Assembly: GCA_047495785.1 (NCBI GenBank)
Contig: JBLDXI010000034.1
Location: forward strand, 744,001-808,000
Length of the DNA stretch: 64,000 nucleotides
Direction of reading: 5' to 3'
From: Lepidodermella squamata
Lineage: Eukaryota; Animalia; Gastrotricha
Part shown: positions 40,020 through 51,674 of the stretch, piece after piece
Numbering within the stretch: the stretch's first letter is position 1
Layout: the number at the start of each line of letters is the position of its first letter
Made by a program: the position numbers and the translations under genes
Notes under the pieces: generated by a model
What the model was told of the DNA's origin: nothing
The model's database searches: none
What the model saw: the letters and a program-made list of their open reading frames with translations, nothing else

Positions 40020-40478
40020 TTACTACTTTAATTGGCTGAGTTGTCAATTAATCGACGGATTGGTAACATCAGCCGTTTTTTTGCCATGGTTTTGCAATTT
40101 TCTTCAGTGGTGATTATTAGGTCTTACACAAAATTAGATTACATTTCACAAAAATCATTGTGGCTAAGAGCTAAGAAAAGCACCCCACAAATCCGTAACC
40201 AATTCAAGGAGCTACCGATCAAAACAACCAGCTCAATTCAGCAAAACGTCATCGGTATCAAAAGGCATTCGTGTCAAAATTTGCTTTGGACAACAGGCGA
40301 AGCTTATCGAGCCTTACCACCGGCTAGTGCAATTAGTACACACCTGGAATGAGCTCCCGAAAACTTACTGCCCGCAACGTATTGACATTGAACGCTTCAA
40401 AAAGTGTGTGAATGCTCTAGGCTGCACCTCATCACCGTAATAAACACAGCCGAAATGTTTGCGTAAATAAAAAAAAGG
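40020..40478 (+). mobile_element. 3' fragment of a non-LTR retrotransposon (CR1/L2-like ORF2 end)
   Basis: Translates to HTWNELP...IERFKKCVN, a typical LINE ORF2 C-terminus, followed by an A-rich tail at ~40465. The 5' boundary is approximate. Confidence 0.55.
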
Positions 40479-41962
40479 TATTAGTATAACTAACACAATG
40501 AAATGTATGGTCAATCAAAAGCAGTTATTTTGCCGCAAAACCGAAGATTTAGGATGATCTTGAAAAAATTATGGCATCGTTTTTAAATGAATTTGATCGT
40601 GAAATAAGGTGACCTATCCAGTCTTGTCAAGTCCATCTAGTCTTGAGGGACCTCCATTTGCGATATTATGGATCCAGGTATTAAACATTTTGCATTTAAG
40701 AATTTGGTCCATACATCCAATAAATAGAATAATAAATAGAAATCCAATATGTCTTGCATATTGTTTTGGGATTTTGAACACCACTTTCCCAACGCTTTCC
40801 GCTTTTTCAGATGGGATAAAGGTTAAATCGTGAATCTCCACGACTTAGGTTACAAGCAACATATTGCGGCATGCAGTATGCGGCATAAAGACTCGCTTAG
40901 AAGAGAAACAAATGGCGTAAAACTTGGGAAGCATTTTAAGCGTTGATTCGCGGATGGATAATTCGCTGTGTAGACTCCCAATTATCACAGATTGATCGTG
41001 ATAAATGCCATGCTGGCAGTTCACGCCTCCGTTCAGTAAAAGCTCGGAGAGCGGTATACACAGGTAACAGATAAAAAAAGGTCATGTCTATGCGAAGACA
41101 GGAAATGTGTATCGTCCAATGGCTATGCGTACACATTGTGTGTGCGTGATTTGCTACGCGCGCTTATATCTGGCTGTGTGTCACGCCTTGGGCGATACAC
41201 TTTTCCGGTCTTCTCAAAGCCACATCCATAAAAAAATGCGAAAAGTGCGCACGTTTTTACTTTTTAGCGCAAAAAAGTCAGAGAGCGTAAATAATAAATA
41301 TAAGTAAGACCTTCAGACCTTTGGACCCTCAAAACATGTACGACTGCTGCATTTCCAAAGCATTTATAGCGGTTGATATCATTTGATCATCAGGACTCTG
41401 TTCTAAAATTCCAAAATTTCAAATTTCAAATTATAAATTGAAGAATCAACCAATAGCGTCATATTTATATTTGTATGGTAAAACATTACTAATGAGTTCA
41501 TATCTGAACGGAGCCGACCGAGATTTACGAATCGAAACGAGCCGGAGGCGAGGTGAGATGAGTAAATCGAGTGCGGCGAGTTCAGATATAATTACGAATG
41601 CTATACCGTAAAATATCGAATTGTCCAAGCCACTCGACCTATACTTTTGAGGACAATTCTATATTAACAAGGATAATGGCCGGCCATTGGCTTAGATTTC
41701 GCTCAACCAGTTTCCGCTGTAAATTCCCACGCAATGTGTTGAATTTCATATATTTTTATTCTATTTTGATTGGAGTCACGTTCTGAGAAGCGGGCTGGCT
41801 AAATCAATGCGCCCGAAATTGAAAGGAACTCATGAAAGGGTCTCATGCACGATCGGCTTAGTAAGCTGATATGTTTAATTGGAGTGTTAGCTACATTTAG
41901 CTAATTTCCTTTCAAAAACTTGAAATAATCGCCCTCCCTTCGCATTCGATTCAAACTGAAGC

Positions 41963-44442
41963 ATGTCGTTGAATATAGCTGCTGTTATATTAGCTTTGAT
42001 ACTAAGATTTTCAAATGGCGTTACGTTGACGAAGCCTTACACGCTGCGAATCCCTGTTACGCTGCCCATCGGAGGGCCCGTTGCACCACTCGGTAGAATG
42101 TGCACCGAGTCAATTGAGCTGTTCCTTCGAACTATCAATAATCGAACCGATATTCTACCCGACTACAACATCGTCGTAGACTTGGTCGACGATCAATGCA
42201 GTGCAACTCCTGCCGTAGACCGCCTAATCCCTTTCTTCATTGGTGGAAGTCGAATCTTCGATGAAACGAAGCGTATCGGGCATTATACGCTACCAATTGG
42301 GGCTGACTTTTTGAAGGATTCGGCTAGAAAGAGCTATGTCCCACCTCTTTTGATCGGCTCGCAGTGCACGGGTGTCTGCCGCATTGTTTCGAGATGCACG
42401 CAAATTTTTGACTTCATTAACGTTAGTCACTAATTAAATGAATTTTAGCCAAAATCTTCACTTGTAATTTCAGTTTTCAGCCGGGTGTAATGATGCAAGT
42501 TTTTCTGATCGAAAGCTGTATCCGAATATGTACCGCGTTATGTCGAACAGTCAAATTATTACGACCGTGATGCCGTTTCTAAACATCATGAATTGGCGGA
42601 AAATTGCCCTAGTTTCAGACACTTCACCGTCAAATTTCCGAACGACAAACGACATGATTGAAATATTTCCTACTGGAAATTTGACCATTCTTGTAGGTGA
42701 GTTTTTCATCGATGATCCAACGGAAGCTGTTCGAAGAATCAAAGAAAGTGGGTCTAGGGTAATTGTGGCTAACTGCTACTTTGATACATGTCCAAGTCTC
42801 GCGTGCCAGGTATTTTCATACCTAGATCCAAATCATGAAAACAGTCCCTTATTTCCAGGCATATCTTCAGGGCCTTTACGGTCCAAACATCGTTTGGGTA
42901 TTTCCAGGAGCTACTGATTTCGTAAATATCCCAACATTCCCAAAAGGCTGCGACGCCAAAAGTCTTCAAATCATCGATACAGGCTCGACGTACTTTCGCC
43001 AGGTTTCAAATGATTACAAATCTAGCATGACAGCTCTCGGAATAAACGGGCAACAACTCGACGATTTCTTCACGCAAAATGTACCGGAAACATGGCGAAG
43101 CCCGTTAGTTAACTCGAGATTCAGGTGTTTGGACAACGTTCTAGCTTCAGCATTTATCCTAGATGCCGCTGAGAAGCAACTGAACCAGAGGAATTCATCC
43201 TTACGTCATTACATCGAAAATGGCTTGATGTATCCGGAACTGAGCAAAATAGTTCGAGAACAGGTTGAAAATATGGATATTCGGATCTTTTCTGGTAGGA
43301 TTCGGTACGAAAAGAACGAGCAACAGACCTTGGTGCCAACAGGGTATGAGCAGTCTCAAGAAAACGGAACTAGACGAATGGTTTTCGTCGATAATGGGGT
43401 CGATGCTGAAGATCTGTCCAAAAAATTCGAGTTGAAGACCTTCTTCTGGAAAACTCCAAACGCCAAACCTCCAAAAGATGAAATCACTGTGAAAAAAACG
43501 TCGAAACTACTGGTCAGCTGGGCTACTATTATAATCATGGTTTTGGCAGTTTTTACGATAGTCATTGCGCTCATTTTATTACCCTGCCTCGGCACATTCT
43601 TGAGAGATTCAAGGTTCAACAAGGCTGAAATTCGAGGAAGCATTTCCATAGTCACCGGGCTGGTTTTCCTGCAAATTTCTATCCTGTTACATCCCTATCA
43701 AACAACTGATTCGGCTGGTATGGTTTACTTCTGTAAAATCGCTCCATTCTTCACATCGATCGCTTATTCACTCATTTCCTGCGGATTGTTCCTGAGACTC
43801 AAGTTGGAAGGGGTTTTACATGAATTGCGCTACGGACGCAATGCTTCGAGGCCTAGCCGCAATGTATCTCGAATCACTTCTTTCAAGATTTCGAGACCTT
43901 CCAACAAGATCGCCATTCCTCCCCGCCAGCAAGTGGTGAAAAGCTCGTATTACTTCATCGCCGGATTCGCCATTTCTAATTTGCTGCTCCTCGTCGGTTG
44001 GTACGTGTTCGGAGGCGTTCCGAGCGTTCGAGACATAATCACGCCGCGTATCGATCTTTACAACGACGTGATCTTTATAGAAATGTCAAAATACTGCGCA
44101 TCTTACGGTTTACATATTGTGGTTTACATATTCGCAGGGGGTTTACTTGCGATTCATGGTCTTGCGTTGATCTCGCTGTGCGTCTTTGCGATGATCAGAA
44201 ATCAGAAAAGTGACGAAGAGCTTCGCCGTAGTGCGAAATGCTGCTTTGTAATTATGCCTGCTACGCTGGCTCAGGTTCTAGCTGTACTGATATTTGTGGA
44301 GCCGGAGGCAAAGTTCTACTTCTTAAGTTCTGCCACCATATTGACAAGCGTTGCGATGGTTTGGATACTATTTGTCGATAAAGGGAAGATCCTCTTGCAG
44401 GCATTCAAAAATATGGGCGAGCGTGTTGCTGTCATCCTGTGA
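41963..44442 (+). CDS. GABA-B-like class C GPCR G4; exons 41963-42421, 42474-42809, 42859-44442
   Basis: Same structure as G3; frame intact after splicing. Confidence 0.88.
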
Positions 44443-44689
44443 TTGATATCAGGATCACACCCTGAGTCTTTTTTGGCGTAAATGCTCATGAAATTAAGCG
44501 TACGCGTATTTCGGATAATTTACCTTTAAATTGTCTTGTTTACCGGAGTGATTTTTTTTTCTTTGGCACACTCTTGTTGTGTTTTGTATCTGTTTTGTAA
44601 CTGTGCTCAAAACTCGAAAAATCGAAAAAAAACTTATTGTCCTATTCTTTCCTGGCACAATTTTTCTATAAATAATTTAGAGGCAACCT

Positions 44690-47600
44690 AACTTACATCA
44701 AGTTAAAATCAAAAATCAATAATAATAGAACAAAGGACAAGATAAAGGGTTGAGCAGAGGGTGAACAGGCGCTTGTCAGAGGCAGTGCGCAGACGACGAT
44801 ATTGAGGAGGCAAATTTGAGAATTTATCCCAGGCCGGGATATTCATCTGACTAATTAAGAAAGACGACGCACAGAGAGGCTTGACAGCCACAGAGAGGTA
44901 GAAGACGGCGACAAGTTGAGAGCAGCAGCGTGAAACAGACAGGAGAGGACTGACGGAAGGCAGAAAGCATAACAGACACAGAGGACAAGAATCATGCACA
45001 GCTTGGGAGCAAGCTGCGAAGCTGCGTCTTGGCGGCGGAGGGGAACGCAACAGCCCCGAAAGTCTCAATTGAGCGGACGAGAGAAAGAGAAAGCGCGGCG
45101 CCATCGCAGGGACAGGCCCGGACGATGCAAGGCCGTGTGAAACCAGGACAAATTACGCCCGCACCGTCGGATGACGTGCTGTATGTAGCATGAGACGTAG
45201 CTAGGACGCCGCAGCTGGGTTGTTTACGAGAAAAAAGTGTTGTCAGAGATAATTAGGGTCAAAGGTCACTTTTTGAAAATAATGAGATGAATCACCTCAT
45301 TAAATTTTCGCGCTCTTTTCATCCTGATTTTATGTTGTCCAAAAAAGGTTAAAAGTTCCCTTCATTCAGGCGCAATCAATCGTCATGAATTGACATTCAT
45401 AGCAACACAATCAAAAAGTGAAATCAACTTCAGTTTCGAGCCATTAATTTTCAAAATCGATTAAAAATGGACGAAACTAAAATCAAAGGATGTAAGGAAG
45501 ATGCTTGGTTTCCAAATTTACTATAGGGAATCATTGAAAAAATTGCCTAAACATTACAAATTGTTTATCTTAAGTAGTTCGAGCTTATACGGAGAATGCT
45601 TATTGTAAATTTAGGCTAAAAAAATGAGAAAAACCGAGAATTGAAAAATCTGACGAAATGAGATCCAGCAAATATCTCAATTTGGCATTCCAGTTTGAAC
45701 CGCCAGTAATTTATTAGGCCGAAAATGGGTAAATCAAGTTTCCGGTGAAGGTCCTATAGCCGAAAGCGTTGAAAATTTTGACTGAAAAACATTTCCTGCT
45801 GGATTGTTTAAGAGTTTTTCGTTGACGTTGTTTATCTGACGTCATTACGCAACAGCTGCAGCATAATCGCGACGTGGAAAAGAAAAACAACTCAATGGAA
45901 TAATTCATGCAGCTTGTTTGAGTTGCTTTTTGTCTCAAGAAAGTAGTTTGCTAAGCTCTACATCTCATAGTTTAAGTTCTCTCGATCTGTGAGTTCCGAC
46001 TTGGAGCCTGATTCTAGCTTTGTAACCATCGACGCCTACGATTTTTAAAACCTTTCGAAATTTCAAATTAATATTTTTTAAATTTCAGGGATTAATAAAA
46101 TAATATTTTTATTAAACCCTGAAAATTTAATTTTTACAAAAGGGAAATTATTCAGAATATTCAAGCATGCATAACGCCAACACGTCAGTTTGTATGGCGG
46201 GATTCAAGCTTCGGCGTCCTAGCTACGTCTCATGGTATGTAGGGCTTCCAAGTGAGCTTTTCATCGAAGATGAGCCCGAGTATGCGCAACGCTGTCACTT
46301 GTGGAACGGCGGCGCCGCGTAGTTCGACTTGAAGGACTGGGGGCGGGCGAGAGAAAGCGATGGCTTCGCTTTTAGAAGCATTAAATTGCTGGCGCCTAAG
46401 GCAAGCACAGGCGGCAATTCGATCGACCTCGGTCTGGGTGAGCGTCTGAGCTTCGAAAAAGGTAGCGCCCGTGCTGGCGAGGGTGAGGTCCTCGGCATAA
46501 GCGTCCAGGGAGGTCCCAGTCGCACTCGGGGAGCGGAGTAAGTCGCTGGTGTAGGTGATGTAGAGGAGCGGAGAGAGCAGGGACCCTTGCGGAACACCGC
46601 ACTGTAACGTGACCTGCCGGCTGATGAGGAAACCGGCCACACGAGCTTGGAGCTTCCGGTCGCGTAAGTAATCTGTGAGCCAACCGATGAGATTACGCGG
46701 CAGGGGCAGTTGACCAATCTTTGGACCAATGGACCAAGCCAGCGTTACAAACCGTACGCCGTACGCGGCCTTCACATTGAGACCAGCAACAATCATCTTC
46801 CGCTTGGGCCTAATGAACGAGGTGGCGACACGAATTGCAATTTCAGCCGCCGTGCGATGCTCACGAAAAGCATACTGATTGTCCGGTAGAAGATGTTGAG
46901 CTTCTAACAGCTGAGTCATCCAACGAGCAATAATCGCCTCGAGAATCTTGGCAGCCGACAGCAACAGCGACGACGGCGAAGGGGACGGGGACGCGGCGAC
47001 GACGCACGGCATCACACGGCTTGCCCGGCCAGGGCATGGCCATGGCAACTGCCTCCTTCGAATCTGGCAGGATGTATTGGCTGCCGAGGCAGATGATGTA
47101 GCGCAGACGAAGGTGAGTCTGTAGAGGCACACCACCCCACTTATAAAAGACGTTGCCGACACCGTCGAGCCCACGGGCCTTGAAAGGCTTCAGGTTATCA
47201 ATTGCTCGCGCTAGAATGCGCTGTCCGACACTGTGTTCCTGCGGACCAGGTAGGCGAATTATGGCATCAGGCTGGAGGCGGTGGACATAAGTTGTTCAAG
47301 CTCGAGCCAACGATTACGGACAAGAGAGTCGGTAGCTGGTTCACAGTAGGGGTACATCGGAGCCACAAAGTGAGTGAGCAACTCGTCGGCGAGAGCGGTC
47401 GAGAGGTGGAGAATGGAGCCGTCGGGGAGGGTCATCGGACCGGTCGCGCTTTCGCAGACGCACCCAGGCTTCACGTTAGCGCAGCTGTTCAGAGAGGGCC
47501 TCAACTTGCCGCATCGCCTGCTTACGCTCGGAAACCACGGTAACGCCCTCCCTAACTAGAAAGGCGGCACCCCAAAGGAACCGTTAGAAAGTTGTAGATC

Positions 47601-48290
47601 CCATTTGAGAGGTCGAACAGCGACGACTCAAATGTATCCCGCCACCGCTCCTGCTGGGCGCGGTCAGACGTCACGGCACTGAAGTTGTGCATGGCTCCGC
47701 TCAAGAACGGTAGACAATCCGGCAACAGCAGTACTAAGTTGAGCAGTTGATTGGTCGGGGCCGGTGAGGGCACAGAGAGAGCAGGGTGAGACAGAGGCAT
47801 TGGCGGCGGAGGCGGGGCAATAGCATGGGCAAAACTGCGACCCGGCACCACTGGCGACAACTTGCCAGTGCCATGGCGACCAGTAGCTCCCGAGCTTCTC
47901 AGTTTTCGCGGCGGTGAGAGCACGACGAGATTCGACTTGACCAGCATGCGCAGCTTTGAACGCTGGGCAGCCGCACCAGATACTGAAATGGTGAAACGGA
48001 GCTCCGCCATCCCGGCAGTTGCAGCAGGAGGCCTGTTCGGATGTCGCCAGGCGGCTCCGTTAGGTAAGTTCGGTAGGTCGCGAACTTCTGCGACGTAGTC
48101 AGCGGCAAGGTGAGCGGAGTAGCAGCCGGACAGTCGAGAGGTAAGCGCGCTGCGGTTTTCTTTCTCAACCGCGGGTAGTATCAGCCTCCTTGGGGTGGTG
48201 GACGCGGAAGTCGCTACCCTTGAAGGCACCAGCAGGAAAGTCGTTAATCAGGAGGCGGTCAGCGGTCACGATTTCTGTGGTGAGACGCCA
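44690..48290 (-). mobile_element. Degenerate non-LTR retrotransposon (RT), interrupted by a hAT MITE
   Basis: RT motifs KILE, QYAFR, NVKAAY, GVPQGSLLSPLLY, YAED and LGLIFDEKLTW. After removing 45189-46234 and one TSD the frame continues WKPYIQHVIRRC. Higher GC than the flanks; boundaries approximate. Confidence 0.85.
45189..46234. mobile_element. Non-autonomous hAT-type DNA transposon (1,046 bp)
   Basis: Perfect 23-bp TIR CATGAGACGTAGCTAGGACGCCG and perfect 8-bp TSD GTATGTAG (45181-45188, 46235-46242). Confidence 0.92.
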
Positions 48291-48656
48291 TGATTTAACG
48301 TATTGTTAATTCCAAATTGCTAAATGTTGAAAGACAAATTGCAAAATAAAACATATCAGTATCAGTGTTACATTTTCAAAAGCATTTAACGCGGTTGACT
48401 GTTTGATATGAGCCAATTGTTCCCGACGTCTGCGCGTTAAATATCATTTTATTTGATTTAGTTCAAGTCACGTTCCGAGAATCGGGCTGGCTAATTCAGT
48501 GCGCTCGAAATTGAAAGGAATGCTGATCTCTAATGAACACGATCGGCTTAACTGGCTGATACTTTTAATTGGAGTGGTAGAGCACATTCAGCTAATATCT
48601 TCATCTAAACTTGAAACAATCGCCATCCCTTCACTTTTTCGGATTCAAACTGAAGC

Positions 48657-51247
48657 ATGTCTCTGGATATTGCGGTTATTCTGATAGCTTCGATACTGAG
48701 ATTTTCGAATGGCGTGCCATTGAGCAAGCCCTACACGTTACGAATCCCTGTCACCCTGCCTATCGGAGGGCCCATTGCACCACTCGGTAGAATGTGCACC
48801 GAGTCGATAGAGCTGTTCCTTCGAACTATGAATGACCAAACCGATATTCTACCCGACTACAACATCGTCGTAGACTTGGTCGACGATCAATGCAGTGCAA
48901 CTCCTGCGGTAGATCGCCTGATTCCTTTCTTCGCAAGTGGCAGTCGAATGTTCGACGAATCGACGCGTATCGGGCATTACTCGCTGCCGAACGGGGCTGA
49001 GTTCTTGAAGGATTCCGCTAAAAAGAGCTATGTTCCACCGCTTTTGATTGGCTCGATGTGCTCAGGTGTTTGTCGCGTTGTTTCGAGATACACTCAACTT
49101 TTCGATATCATTAATGTTAGTCCCAATTCCTTTCATTTTTCGAAAATTAAATAGCTATTTTAAACAATTAATTCATGTATAACCCCATCAATTTGGATTT
49201 TTCAATTTTTAGTTCTCAGCAGCGTGTAACGATGTATATCTTTCTGATCGGAAGTTGTACCCTAATTTGTACCGCGTAATGTCAAACAGTCAAATTATAA
49301 CCACCCTGATGCCGTTTCTACAAATCATGAATTGGCGGAAAATTGCCCTAGTTTCGGACACTTCGCCATCGAATTTTCAAACAACGAACGACATGATTGA
49401 ATTATTCCCTACTGGAAATTTAACAATTCTGGCAAGCGAGTTTTTCATCGATGACCCGACGGAAGCTGTTCGAAGAATCAAAGAAAGTAGAGCTAGGGTA
49501 ATTGTGGCTAACTGCTATTTTGATATATGTCCAAGTCTTGCGTGCCAGGTATTTTTTTTAAATTAAACATTCAAATGACGAAGCTAACTTTATTTACTAG
49601 GCCTATCTCCAGGGTGTTTATGGTCCAAATATCGTCTGGATTTTGCCGGCAGTCACTGATTTTGTAAATATTGAAACATTTCCAAAGGGCTGTAACGCGG
49701 AAAACCTTCAAATGATCGACTCTGGGTCAATGTACTTCCGCCAAGTTCCAAATGATTACCAATCAGGGCTAACCGCCCTTGGAATCACAGGCCAGCAACT
49801 CGACGACTTTTTCACGGAAAATGTCCCGGAGACATGGCGAAATCCTCTACTAGACTCGAGATACATGTGTCTGGACAATGTCATACCTTCAGCATTTATC
49901 CTCGACGCTGCTGAGAAGAAACTGAATCAGAGAAACTCATCACTACGTCACTACATCGAAAACGGGTCGATGTTATCGGAACTGAGCAAAATAGTTCGAG
50001 AGCAGGTGGCAAATCTGAACATCCGTGTTTTCTCTGGCCGAATTCGGTACGAAAGGAACGAGCAGCAAACTTTAGTGCCAACAGGCTATGAGCAGTCTCA
50101 AGAAAACGGAACAAAGCGAATGGTTTTCGTCGATAATGGAGTAGATGCGGTTGATCAGTCTAGAAGATTCGAAATAAAACGGACCTTCGTTTGGAAAACT
50201 CCCAACGCCAAACAGCCGAAAGATGAAATCACAGTCAAAAAAGCTTCAAAATTACTCGTCAGCTGGGCAATAATTTTAATTATGGTTTTGGCAGTTTTTA
50301 CATGTCTCATTGCGTTTTCCTTGGTATTCTGCCTCGTCACATTATTGAAAGACTCGAGATTTAACAAGGCTGAAATCCGAGGAAGTATTTCGATAGTCAG
50401 TGGGCTGATTTTCCTGCAAATTTCTATCCTATTACATCCTTATCAAACAACTGATTCGAATGGAATGGTTTACTTCTGTAAAATCGCTCCATTTCTCACG
50501 TCAATCGCTTATTCACTCATTTCCAGCGGATTGTTCTTGAGACTGAAGTTGGACGGTGTCATTCATGAATTGCGCTTAGGTCGCAATGCTTCGAGACCTA
50601 GCCACATTAATGTATCTCGAATGTCTTCTTTCAATAGAGTGAAGCCTTCCCAGGTCACTAGACCTCCGCGCCAACACGTGACGAGGAGCTCATATTACAT
50701 GATTGCTGGATTTGCCATTTCTAATTTGCTGCTTCTCGTCGCATGGTACGTGTTTGGAGGGGTTCCAAGCGTTCGTGAAATAACCACGTCGCGTATCGAT
50801 CTTTACAGCGACGTGATCTTCATGGAAATTTCAAAATACTGCACGTCTTACGGCTCTAAAGTTGTGGTTTACATATTCGCAGGGGGTTTACTTGCGATTC
50901 ATGGTCTTGCGTTGATCTCGTTGTTCGTGTTAGCGTTAATCAGAAGTCAAACTAGGGATGAAGAGCTTCGCCGTAGTGTGAAATGCTGCTTCGTAATTAT
51001 GCCGGCTACACTAGCCCAGGTTCTAGCTGTGCTGATATTTGTGGAACCGGAGGCGAAGTTTTACTTCCTAAGTTCTGCTGCTCTAATGACGAGCACTGCG
51101 ATGGTTTGGATACTTTTCGCCAGTAAAAGGAAGATCATTTTGCAGGCGATCAAAAATGTGGTTCGACCGTGTTGCTGTCACCCTGTGATTGGTATCAGGA
51201 TCACAGAAGCAACACCAGCATCACAGAGGCAATTTCATGACTTGTGA
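48657..51247 (+). CDS. GABA-B-like class C GPCR G5; exons 48657-49115, 49213-49548, 49601-51247
   Basis: Same structure as G3/G4; frame intact after splicing. Confidence 0.88.
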
Positions 51248-51674
51248 TCTAACTGGCGTACTGTTGCGTTCTCCACCACGTATCACGACTAAGGTCGTGG
51301 AGTTTCGCAGGGGCTTTGAAGCTTCAATATTAGGTACAGCCAGCCTCGCGAAAAAAGCAATAATTGAACAACATGGATAGATATTGAGCTTTAGCGAATA
51401 TTTCTCTTCTCCAGTGTGATGCGTTTCCTAGCCAATAAAAGATCTATAGGAGGAAATAGAAGCAGACAGCAGCGTCATCAATAAGTCGCTACCATTGTAC
51501 GATAGATGATCTGAAGTTCCATCAGCAAATATCGAAAACTTGTTGTTTAGATTCATAATATCACAGGCCATTGCGCGGAAATTGAAAAAACTGAGAGTAA
51601 AGTACAACAAAATTCATAAGATTTTATTGGATTTCAGTCATTTCAAGCTTCAAGGAAAAACCGCTCGAAAAAAC

